From IMG/VR virus record IMGVR_UViG_3300012147_000014, positions 1 to 63,928 of that record: a stretch of 63,928 nt of DNA; one strand, written 5' to 3'. Every line of letters starts with the position of its first letter. Position 1 is the first letter of the stretch. Source of the DNA: a virus. Lineage: Duplodnaviria; Caudoviricetes. This document shows, one piece after another, positions 10,119 to 18,341 of this stretch. A model generated the notes under the pieces. The model made no database searches. It was not told where the DNA came from and saw nothing but the letters and a program-made list of their open reading frames with translations. Both the position numbers and the translations under genes were made by a program.

Positions 10119-10679
10119 TTACAAGAGTTGGCCTTGGGCGTCCGGCGGTTTCTTTTTTGATTTGCGGGGCTTTTTCTTCTTCTCGGCCATGACCAGTTTA
10201 CCTGATCGCCATAGTTCGGCAGTACGGAGCACGCAGAGCGCGTCGGCCTCGTCTTCGCCCGGCAACGTATCGAGATTGTAGATACTCATCGCCGCATATT
10301 GCATGCGCTTCTTACCCGCGTGGCCGTTACCGCTGGCAGTAAGCTTTACCGTGCCCAAGGGAAAGCCCTTGCAGGGAATACGAGCGTATTCTGCAGTCAG
10401 GAGGGTGACGGTCAGCCAGCCAGACCAAAGCCTTGTCTGAGCCTGCGTGCTTTGAAATTGAACGTCCTCGAACGCGAGGAACTGCACATTGTTGGTGCTA
10501 ATTTGGAGCCGCAGCCACTGCATAAAGCGCCAGATTCTCTTGCCCTCGGAGTCATAGGATTGTTTCTTGAAAGGTTGCTCGCCGTACTGAACGGAGCCGT
10601 CGACATCGCGACGAGCCCAACCGCAGTAAGTCCCTAGATCAAGAGCCAGCACAGCCCCGCCAGTATTTTGAGTTTCCAT
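10119..10679 (-). CDS. RuvC-like Holliday junction resolvase
   Basis: VLALDLG, AFE, VKLTASGNGHAGK, DEADAL. Confidence 0.8.
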   Translation of the reverse strand: METQNTGGAVLALDLGTYCGWARRDVDGSVQYGEQPFKKQSYDSEGKRIWRFMQWLRLQISTNNVQFLAFEDVQFQSTQAQTRLWSGWLTVTLLTAEYARIPCKGFPLGTVKLTASGNGHAGKKRMQYAAMSIYNLDTLPGEDEADALCVLRTAELWRSGKLVMAEKKKKPRKSKKKPPDAQGQLL

Positions 10680-10690
10680 GGTGCTGCGAG

Positions 10691-10894
10691 TTAGTTTTTT
10701 TTGCGCAGAGCAACACGCCCAGTAGGGGTCTCGATAATCTCAGACGCTATCCCGGAACGCGCGAATCGATCGCGCTCAAGTTGCAGCCACTCGATCGAAG
10801 ACAGGCTGCCGTTAGGCGTCTCGACTCTCTCATGCTTTCGCAAGCAGCGAGTCACTACCCGAGGATCCACGCGAACGTTTTGTATGCAGACCAT
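10691..10894 (-). CDS. hypothetical protein
   Basis: coupled to upstream ORF. Confidence 0.5.
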   Translation of the reverse strand: MVCIQNVRVDPRVVTRCLRKHERVETPNGSLSSIEWLQLERDRFARSGIASEIIETPTGRVALRKKN

Positions 10895-11217
10895 TACGCA
10901 TCACCCCCTTCTTTTGGATCAATGTCGGCGAGCTCTCGCGCCCTTATCTTCTGCCAATCTACAAATCGCAAATGGCCGGAGCCATTTTGGACGATGGCGC
11001 TAGATTTATCCTGCGAGTCGCCAATGAACGTAGCCGGAGACCACTCCATTTCAGCGGACTCAACCATAACAGCGACTCCATTGGTCAGCTCGGGAATATC
11101 AATCACGGTCGCCCCGTGAGCCTCAAGCGCCTTAACTTCGAGACCCCCAGCAAAGCTAGAGTGGCCTTGGGTGAAAACCACGAACGCAGGCACTTGGATC
11201 ATCTTGAGGCGGCTCAC
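10894..11217 (-). CDS. hypothetical protein
   Basis: coupled ORF. Confidence 0.55.
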   Translation of the reverse strand: MSRLKMIQVPAFVVFTQGHSSFAGGLEVKALEAHGATVIDIPELTNGVAVMVESAEMEWSPATFIGDSQDKSSAIVQNGSGHLRFVDWQKIRARELADIDPKEGGDA

Positions 11218-11774
11218 TCTTCGCCCCCTTCCACTACTTCAAAGTCGGCGTCTTCGACAACAATGTCGTCGAGAGGTAGCTCGCCCTCACTATCGTCCTC
11301 TTCGGGGAGTGGCATTTGCTTGCGCTCGCCATTGATATACCTGATAGCCTCAGTCGCGACCTTATCGATCTTGAGCGCTTCGTCGTCGGTGACGCAAACG
11401 GCGTCCTCGCTCTCCGCGGTCACTTGGAGTCGTGATGTGTTACAGTTCGCGGGCCCGCCTTGGCGGAGCTTACGATGCGCTCCAATCATCACCTTGTAGT
11501 GAGCCTCAGCGCCAGCCGTATCGGTCTTTCCGTAAAAAAACGAGAGTGTTGTCACGGTGTAGTCCTCGAGGCGTAAAACGCCCTCTTCTCGGTAGGTGCG
11601 GACTGTCGCGGTGAGGGCTTGCAGTGACTCTCCTAAAGAGTCCAAGGGAGCCTCTGACTCCTCGACGGAGTATTTGCCCCAGTCTCGGATGGTTTCATTG
11701 AACTCCTGCCAATAAATAGTGACCTCATTGTCACTGGATAGATGGACTTTTGTTATGCGGATTGTCGTGTTCAT
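11214..11774 (-). CDS. hypothetical protein with acidic C-terminus
   Basis: 186-aa ORF, A-rich leader. Confidence 0.6.
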   Translation of the reverse strand: MNTTIRITKVHLSSDNEVTIYWQEFNETIRDWGKYSVEESEAPLDSLGESLQALTATVRTYREEGVLRLEDYTVTTLSFFYGKTDTAGAEAHYKVMIGAHRKLRQGGPANCNTSRLQVTAESEDAVCVTDDEALKIDKVATEAIRYINGERKQMPLPEEDDSEGELPLDDIVVEDADFEVVEGGEE

Positions 11775-11894
11775 GTTTGCTTTCTTTTTTTGGTTTTAGT
11801 TCCGCGCGGGTTGCGCGGTAAATTATTGACAAAGGCTAGAGGGTGGGGTTGATTCCTGCTTCATGCGTGCGGGTCGTTCCGCCTCATGTTTGCC

Positions 11895-12203
11895 TTAGAC
11901 TCCAGTTAGCTCGCTAGCTGGAGTCTTCTGGTTTTCGGGCACTTCCTCGAAGTTGTCGGCAACCCAGCGCTCCATTTCATCGCGGCGGACGATCAACATC
12001 CTGCCTTTGCCATCAGATCGCTTACGCCGCATGACTCGAAGCCTCGCAGTGCCCGTTTCAGTGATCGCCGAATTTAAGACCGACACACTGGGCCCAAAGA
12101 GGGCTGAAGCTTCGTTGAGGCGGAGGAATGTCGCCGTGCTGCGCAAAAGAACTTTCGCCATTTCCTTGCCGATCATGCGGGCGCTTTTTGCGTCAAGGGT
12201 CAT
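11895..12203 (-). CDS. excisionase-like DNA-binding protein
   Basis: FLRLNEASALFG...IVRRDEMERWV; downstream of Cro-like gene. Confidence 0.5.
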   Translation of the reverse strand: MTLDAKSARMIGKEMAKVLLRSTATFLRLNEASALFGPSVSVLNSAITETGTARLRVMRRKRSDGKGRMLIVRRDEMERWVADNFEEVPENQKTPASELTGV

Positions 12204-12397
12204 TTCTGGCTCCCTTCATTAAGCATCATTTCAGCCTTCTCGCGGAGCGCATCAATGATGACCTGCTTTAGTGGCTTATTCTCCTGCAGGGCGCGACGTT
12301 GGAAAAACTGTCTCTCGCCTTTGTCCAGTTTATTAAAATCAATATTTACACAATTTGCGTCTTCCATATTGCCAATTAGGTAAACAAAATTACGCAT
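12200..12397 (-). CDS. Cro-like small regulator (start probably 12367)
   Basis: divergent from repressor; TTGACA on - strand at 12397-12402. Confidence 0.45.
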   Translation of the reverse strand: MRNFVYLIGNMEDANCVNIDFNKLDKGERQFFQRRALQENKPLKQVIIDALREKAEMMLNEGSQK

Positions 12398-12474
12398 GTC
12401 AACTAATAAACTGAAGTAATTTCAAACAATTTTACGCCATAAGGACAAATGGTAATAAATTAATCGTTTTACAG

Positions 12475-12843
12475 TTGCAACTTTGCGTATTCCGTGTAAT
12501 CAGTAGCGTAATGACTGACCTTATTGAGATTAGAAAATGGCTCTCTAGTAATGGAAGAGATCGTAATTGGCTTGCCTTACAGTGTGGCGTGTCTAAGCGA
12601 ACCGTTGACGGTTGGTTTAGTAGCGAGCGCAAACTGCCAAAACTAGCCGAGCAGTTCATTGAGCGAATCATGCAGGAGAATAGTTTCGGCGAGATTCAAA
12701 TGAGCTTCAGTGACTGGCAGCTCATAAACGAAGCCATGCGCTATTCAGGCTACACGAAGTTTGACGAGTTTGCAGTTGATGCTGTTAAAAGTTACGTCGC
12801 GCAGAAAAATAAGGATGCAGGGCAACCATTAACCAACAAATAA
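12475..12843 (+). CDS. HTH (Xre/CI-like) repressor (start probably 12511)
   Basis: RNWLALQCGVSKRTVDGWFS HTH; divergent switch near integrase. Confidence 0.7.
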   Translation: MQLCVFRVISSVMTDLIEIRKWLSSNGRDRNWLALQCGVSKRTVDGWFSSERKLPKLAEQFIERIMQENSFGEIQMSFSDWQLINEAMRYSGYTKFDEFAVDAVKSYVAQKNKDAGQPLTNK

Positions 12844-12851
12844 AAGTAAAT

Positions 12852-13106
12852 ATGAAAAGAGCCCTGATACTTCTATTCCTTTCCATTGCTCTAGTTTTAG
12901 GCACGGCCTGCACAAAAGAGCCGACCGGCTACGAAACTAAGATACATTTTGTCGTCGATAACGATTACTTAACGAACAAGAACTTTGAAGACTTGATGGT
13001 CGACAACTGGGAAGTTATCAATGTTCGTCGCGCGACCTCGACACGCTTTGGCCCGAATGAACGGTGGGGCAACGAATACACCATGCGAAAGGCTACCTAT
13101 GACTAA
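12852..13106 (+). CDS. small lipoprotein, possible superinfection-exclusion moron
   Basis: signal peptide with lipobox-like LGTAC; directly follows repressor. Confidence 0.55.
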   Translation: MKRALILLFLSIALVLGTACTKEPTGYETKIHFVVDNDYLTNKNFEDLMVDNWEVINVRRATSTRFGPNERWGNEYTMRKATYD

Positions 13107-14242
13107 ACCTTAGCCAGCTCCGACCGCAAGTGCTCGATCCTGACATGGGTATAGCCTCGGTTAATTGACTTGTCTGAGTGGCCGACGAGCGCCATGCGAT
13201 CAACCTCAGAGACCCCGACCTCATTGAGCGCCGTGCTCAGTGCATGCCTGAACGAGTGAAACGAGTATTTGCTCTGCGTCCGGCCAGGCTGCCCCTTTAT
13301 GTATGGCTGCTCAATTCCGATCGCGGGCAAGATAGTCATCCGAAACACATGAGGAAAGCCTGCTGTGCCTGTCTGGGGCAGTCGCGATAGCTCTGGAAGG
13401 ACATAGCTACCCTTGAGCCTGCGGAACCACCAGCGTAGATGTCGCTCAAGCCTCGGGTGTATCGGCACCGCAAATAAGTCACGATTCTTTAGGCGAGGAA
13501 ATCGTATCACCGACTGCTCAAAGTCGACCGCAGCACGAGACAACTCTCGGCAGTCACGATCACGTTGACCAGTATAATATCCGATCAAGAATAGTATGCG
13601 CCACTCCGCGGTGTTTGTTCGTAGAAGCGCCTCCAGATGCTCGCGAGTGAATGGCACCTTCACGCTCGCATTTCGGTTCACTTTCACAGGCGTCAGTCCG
13701 ACGAACGGATTCTCGATCAAGACACCCTGAGCCAGCGCTTCACGGAACGCAGATTTCAGGAATACAACTTGATTCTTGATTGTGGCCGGAGCGGCACCTT
13801 TGACGAGTCGATCATCACGCCACTGAGCCAGCGCCGCCGTATCGATGAACGCCATAGGCCTGCTGGCCGCAGAACCCATGCCTACCAAAAATTGGTTGAT
13901 GTATTCGCGGTAACGCTTCCGGGTGCCCGCAACTACGTGCTTGGTGTTGACCGCGTAGAACCGGTCAAGGAATTCACGGGTGCTCGACGGATTGACTAGC
14001 GATCGCATGCCAGCCGCGCCCGCTATCTCGTCAAGGAGCGAAAGGACACGCTGACGAGTGAGTAGACCCCTCTTAGCGAGATTACCAGCCTGCTCAAGCC
14101 GTAAAGCAATCTGTAACGCTTCATTCTGATACTCCTTGGATTTACTCGTAAACCCTGTCGATACCTGCTTCCGCTTACCATTTGGTAGCGAGTAGCACGC
14201 CACCCAGCAATTTCGGTCATTTCTCCATCTTACACTTGCCAT
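13103..14242 (-). CDS. int: tyrosine integrase
   Basis: YTGQR, HSFRH, LVGH, GYTH catalytic set; ATG at 14242 (ORF track extends to 14305). Confidence 0.92.
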   Translation of the reverse strand: MASVRWRNDRNCWVACYSLPNGKRKQVSTGFTSKSKEYQNEALQIALRLEQAGNLAKRGLLTRQRVLSLLDEIAGAAGMRSLVNPSSTREFLDRFYAVNTKHVVAGTRKRYREYINQFLVGMGSAASRPMAFIDTAALAQWRDDRLVKGAAPATIKNQVVFLKSAFREALAQGVLIENPFVGLTPVKVNRNASVKVPFTREHLEALLRTNTAEWRILFLIGYYTGQRDRDCRELSRAAVDFEQSVIRFPRLKNRDLFAVPIHPRLERHLRWWFRRLKGSYVLPELSRLPQTGTAGFPHVFRMTILPAIGIEQPYIKGQPGRTQSKYSFHSFRHALSTALNEVGVSEVDRMALVGHSDKSINRGYTHVRIEHLRSELAKV

Positions 14243-14349
14243 AGGCAGAAACTGCGCCCACAAATTCGCCCACGCAACATTATTCACATTACTCGCATTG
14301 CGCACTTTTCTTATTAAAAAATACGTAATTGAAGTGTTTTTAGGTCAAT

Positions 14350-14373
14350 GTTCGATTCCGTCTACCCGCACCA
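14350..14373 (+). other. attP core identical to a tRNA 3' end (T-loop to CCA)
   Basis: GTTCGATTCCGTCTACCCGCACCA next to integrase; CGCCCAC arm-like repeats at 14255, 14267, 14428. Confidence 0.8.
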
Positions 14374-14471
14374 TTTATTACATAAGCTCTTACCTGCTAG
14401 CGTTTTGCAAGGTTTATAGAAATTAAACGCCCACAGATGGTTGCACTGTTAATCTAATGGTGGCTTTGCAC

Positions 14472-14498
14472 GTTCTATCATTAAAATAATGATAGAAC
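14472..14498. promoter_or_regulatory. ATCATTA-N3-TAATGAT palindrome (1 of 10)
   Basis: 12-bp arms; other copies start at 33674, 43622, 43694, 45558, 46708, 47241, 50026, 52752, 58039. Confidence 0.75.
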
Positions 14499-14553
14499 CA
14501 CTCTGGCGGCTATGAAGGAGGACAACTAACCCCCCCCGAGAGCATCTTAGTAG

Positions 14554-14973
14554 CTAAACGGCCAGAGTGGCTTTAAATCGTGGGCCGAACCATGCGACCA
14601 TGTAATACATCACACTCGCTTTTGCGCGGTTTACGCCTGCAGTAAGCATAGCCTCATGGAAAATCTTTGCGGCTGTTTTGCTGCTGATCCCCGTTGAGCC
14701 TAATAACTCGCACAGATAGTCGTGGATGACCGCTGCACGCTGGTAGCGGCCAAAGGGAGGGATTAATCGCCAAAACATACGGGGCACGCTAGCAAAATCC
14801 GTCCGGTAGCCTTGGGGAGCCTCAATCACCTTACCAGTTATCTTGGAGTAATATCGTAATGGACGGAGTAGTTCGTATGGGCGTTCTCTGATAGGAACGT
14901 CGTGCGCCTTGAGAAATAGATCGGTAAGAAATCCACCTGCCTCGGGCTCTGCTTTATAAAATGATGTGGTCAT
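14554..14973 (-). CDS. DUF1353 protein
   Basis: GYRTDFASVPR, AAVIHDYL. Confidence 0.85.
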   Translation of the reverse strand: MTTSFYKAEPEAGGFLTDLFLKAHDVPIRERPYELLRPLRYYSKITGKVIEAPQGYRTDFASVPRMFWRLIPPFGRYQRAAVIHDYLCELLGSTGISSKTAAKIFHEAMLTAGVNRAKASVMYYMVAWFGPRFKATLAV

Positions 14974-15084
14974 TTGTCTTCAGGGATTGGGATTTTTGAA
15001 TTAGGAAAGAGCCATTTGCGGAAATGATACCACGCAAGGCGGCGATGATAGCCCGGGTTACTGTCGGTTGCTCCACGCATTCCA

Positions 15085-15816
15085 TCACTTCCAAATTTGC
15101 CACCATCGGCGTACTTTTGGTTTAGACTCGTATTTCCCGAGTGGTCGCTCGGTAGGGAATGTGATCGACGGGCGCGTAAGCATCAACTGTCCGACATCGG
15201 CAAAGCTCATGTAGACTCGCCCGTCGACGCCGTGCCTTCGCCCCCACGACTGAACAAATCCAATACGCTTATTTTCAAAATCAACCTCGTCGGCGCAGAG
15301 GCAGTGCCCGCCCTTTTTGCGGCCAATGAATCGTATAACGCCGTAGAAATCTGGCTCAAAACAGCCTTCACGCCACTCGGCACCGACAATCACGGCTCCT
15401 TTAAGGGAGAGCGTTTGAATCAACTCTTCAAAATTGAATATCCAGCGGTATTCGCCGATTACGCCGATCTTTGTAAGAAATCGCATCAAACCGGTTACGC
15501 TTGTGCCCTCGTAGTTGCTTCCCGGCCATTGGTCGTGATCCTGCGCTCCGTCGTAGAACAGCCGTGCCAGTATTTTGCTGACTGACTGCTCTAGTGGAGC
15601 ACACGCAAACCAATGAGCGGCACCAAAGCCCACGCATTCGCCTTCATCACCTTGGTCGAGCCTGGGCTTACACTCCCATCGTTTTGACTTCAGCTCGCCG
15701 ACCGGAGCCGACAAGACGCTACTCATGCGAAAGTCTCTGTTGCGCGGATCTTGAGCAAGCGATACATCAAGCTTGCGGCCTCGGTGGAGGCGAGAGTCTG
15801 AGCGGCGGTGCTTCAT
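15085..15816 (-). CDS. papain-like (C1) cysteine peptidase
   Basis: LDQGDEGECVGF, GGHCL, QSWG. Confidence 0.8.
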   Translation of the reverse strand: MKHRRSDSRLHRGRKLDVSLAQDPRNRDFRMSSVLSAPVGELKSKRWECKPRLDQGDEGECVGFGAAHWFACAPLEQSVSKILARLFYDGAQDHDQWPGSNYEGTSVTGLMRFLTKIGVIGEYRWIFNFEELIQTLSLKGAVIVGAEWREGCFEPDFYGVIRFIGRKKGGHCLCADEVDFENKRIGFVQSWGRRHGVDGRVYMSFADVGQLMLTRPSITFPTERPLGKYESKPKVRRWWQIWK

Positions 15817-16583
15817 TATTTTGTCAGCGCGAGGTAGGTGTTGTGATCGACATTGCCGGTGTCGGGATCGGTGGCGATCATTAGCGCGTTGAGCTTTGTT
15901 GCCCTATTTCGGTGATCGGCGGCGATTGCAGCGTCGTAGCTCTCGGCGGTCATGGCATACTGCTCGTCGATGGGCACGCCATCGCGGTAGGCGTAATAGT
16001 CGCGGCACCATGCGCGGGTCTCTGCGCTGGTTAGATAGCCCCATAGGCTGAGGTCAATCGGATCATTTACGCTAGATGTGGTGAGTGGCTGTGAGAGTTC
16101 GGCCCGCGTGATGCTTGCGGCTTCGCGTATCCAGCCGACTGCCTGGGTGACGGTGACGAGAGATTGAGCGTCGATCAGTGTTGTGTCTCTGTCGGCTAGC
16201 TGTGCGCTCACGTAGGCGCTCACGCCGTCGATTAGGTTGAGCACTAGCACGGTCTCGGTGGGTGTGAGTTGCGCCCAATCGATCTCGTTTTTGAGCGACT
16301 GCGTGACGTGCTCGACCGTGTATGCCGTGCCGTCGCCACCGGTGATGAATTCGACGTAATCGAGGTGTTCGAGGACGCTGGCGGCTCGGGCTGCATCGCC
16401 GTCGATATACCGCACAGTGGCGATTTGGATGACCGCTTTACTGGCGATAGGATTGTCAGCGACGATGCCGCCGACGTTACCGACTGTCGCGCAACCTGGC
16501 ATCGTGATGCCGATAAACGCGATTAGTGCGGTGACGAGCATCGCGGTTAGAGAGCATCGGGTTTGTTTTTTGTAGTAGTTCAT
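15816..16583 (-). CDS. putative lipoprotein (lysis region)
   Basis: hydrophobic N-terminus followed by MPGC. Confidence 0.55.
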   Translation of the reverse strand: MNYYKKQTRCSLTAMLVTALIAFIGITMPGCATVGNVGGIVADNPIASKAVIQIATVRYIDGDAARAASVLEHLDYVEFITGGDGTAYTVEHVTQSLKNEIDWAQLTPTETVLVLNLIDGVSAYVSAQLADRDTTLIDAQSLVTVTQAVGWIREAASITRAELSQPLTTSSVNDPIDLSLWGYLTSAETRAWCRDYYAYRDGVPIDEQYAMTAESYDAAIAADHRNRATKLNALMIATDPDTGNVDHNTYLALTK

Positions 16584-16609
16584 GGGTGTTTTGTGGGTTG
16601 GGTTGGTGG

Positions 16610-16984
16610 TTATTTTTGCTGAATCGATTTGTCTAATTTGTCCTCCATGCGGGCTAGCCGCGTGGTGATTGCGTTGATGACATCTTTGAGCTTGTCGTCG
16701 GTGTAGTCACGGTTGCGCAATTCTAGGGCATTGCCGTGGCTCTGACTAAAACGTTCACCGCTAGCGCGAAACATATCGTCGAGCGACTGCTGGTTGCGAA
16801 GCCTGCCGAGTTCGGTCTGCTGATTGCTGACGACCTCTTTGATCTCGACGCGCCAGTCGTTGAGCGATTGCAGATCCTTTTGAGTCTCGACGCGGAAGCC
16901 GATATAGCAGGCAGCACCGACTATGATCGCGGGCAATAACCGTTTGATCCAGTCGTTTGCGAATAGTTTAAAATCGTCGGGCAT
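16610..16984 (-). CDS. single-TM coiled-coil protein (holin/spanin-like position)
   Basis: N-terminal TM, coiled-coil tail. Confidence 0.5.
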   Translation of the reverse strand: MPDDFKLFANDWIKRLLPAIIVGAACYIGFRVETQKDLQSLNDWRVEIKEVVSNQQTELGRLRNQQSLDDMFRASGERFSQSHGNALELRNRDYTDDKLKDVINAITTRLARMEDKLDKSIQQK

Positions 16985-16993
16985 GTGTATTGT

Positions 16994-17545
16994 TTACCAG
17001 CTGATTGCGGCGATTTGATCGGCAGTGGTGGCTGCTTCCACGGCTTCGAGTTTTGCGCCCTCAATTGCAAATGCGGTAACTTTGCGGACAACACCCTCAT
17101 TGAGCGCTAGGGCGAACTGTTCGCGGCTTAGATCACGGCGAACACCATCTGCGCATTTGTAACCAGCAAAGATTTCCTTTGGAGCTAACATTTGGAGCAT
17201 CATTTGAATGTCGATCTGAGTCTGTACATCTGTGTGAAACGGAACGCCAAAGCTCGTCATTAGCGTCCCTTGCCAAGCTGCGTCGCGCTCTTGTTTAAGC
17301 GCTTGAATCTTTTCGAGCTTTTGCTCGGCTAGTGTCAACGCTGCCACTCTGTCGAGTTCGCGCTTTTCGAGTAGTGTCATAAGCTCACCTTCAACTAGGA
17401 ACACAGGCTTCTGCATGGATTCAAAATCAGTTGCTTGTTGATTACTAATCTCCACAGCTTCCAAATCCTCTAGTAGATTTTGCGGTTGAGTGTCGTTAAT
17501 TCGGCGGATGCGTCTGCGCTCGATGTTTACAATGGCGTATTTCAT
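16994..17545 (-). CDS. DUF4376-like tail fibre-associated protein
   Basis: LKQERD...VEAATTADQIAAISW C-terminus. Confidence 0.65.
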   Translation of the reverse strand: MKYAIVNIERRRIRRINDTQPQNLLEDLEAVEISNQQATDFESMQKPVFLVEGELMTLLEKRELDRVAALTLAEQKLEKIQALKQERDAAWQGTLMTSFGVPFHTDVQTQIDIQMMLQMLAPKEIFAGYKCADGVRRDLSREQFALALNEGVVRKVTAFAIEGAKLEAVEAATTADQIAAISW

Positions 17546-18339
17546 AGTTCTTGAATCCAGTTGAATTTTTGGTTGATTTGCTCAGAGAGATTGCGGCCTA
17601 GTGTGTCGTGCCAGTCGGGGACGAGTGGTTTGACTTCGGGTCGTATGACATGATCCCCATAAGGGAACCCCACATCATGTTCTTGTGTGTATTGCTGCAC
17701 GTTCTTGGCGTCGTGGATGACTGATTCTTCGCCTAGGTAATCCCAGACCTTGAGCATGGTGCCTTGTGGGTCAGTTGTTAAATCTTCTGCGTGCACGAAG
17801 TGCAGGCGGTCTTTGAATCTTAGGGCTTCATGCAACCGTTCGATGGCGATACCAATTGGTGGGCTTGAGAGCCAGCCATTAACGCGCTTCTCGATGGTTG
17901 TCCAGTTGGCTGGGTTGGCTTTTTCGATGCCGTTAAATACTTCGGGGTGTTGACGGCGTTTCTTTTCAAAGCTGCTAAGGATTGCCCGAACATCACGCAC
18001 TGGAACAATGACTTTAGCATCTGGCCATATCTTGAAGAGTTGATCCAAGTGACCTACCCACGAGCGGCATTTGTCGACCACGACAGGTCGGTCGGTTAGG
18101 GAGTTAAAAGCGTTCTCGCAGCCCGCCTTGACGTAATCAAGATACATTGGCTCAAGGACATTCTGCATGTCTGTGGCCTTTGCCTCCTCGGTTTGAAATA
18201 CTTGCCTAGCTATATAACCAATCTCATGGAGTGCGCTGGTTGGTGTGCTGTGGACGCGGGGATTCTGGGCGAGTAGTTGCATTAGCAGGGTGCTACAAGC
18301 GCGGGGTAAACCGCTTACGAAGTGTAATTGTTTAGCCAT
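17542..18339 (-). CDS. sulfotransferase family protein
   Basis: FVSGLPRACSTLL PAPS loop, VVVDK, VRDVRAILSS. Confidence 0.85.
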   Translation of the reverse strand: MAKQLHFVSGLPRACSTLLMQLLAQNPRVHSTPTSALHEIGYIARQVFQTEEAKATDMQNVLEPMYLDYVKAGCENAFNSLTDRPVVVDKCRSWVGHLDQLFKIWPDAKVIVPVRDVRAILSSFEKKRRQHPEVFNGIEKANPANWTTIEKRVNGWLSSPPIGIAIERLHEALRFKDRLHFVHAEDLTTDPQGTMLKVWDYLGEESVIHDAKNVQQYTQEHDVGFPYGDHVIRPEVKPLVPDWHDTLGRNLSEQINQKFNWIQEL

Positions 18340-18341
18340 GA

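Noticed and set aside
14350-14373. Complete tRNA gene
   Set aside because: Only the 3' 24 nt are present; no D or anticodon arm and no 5' T-stem partner.
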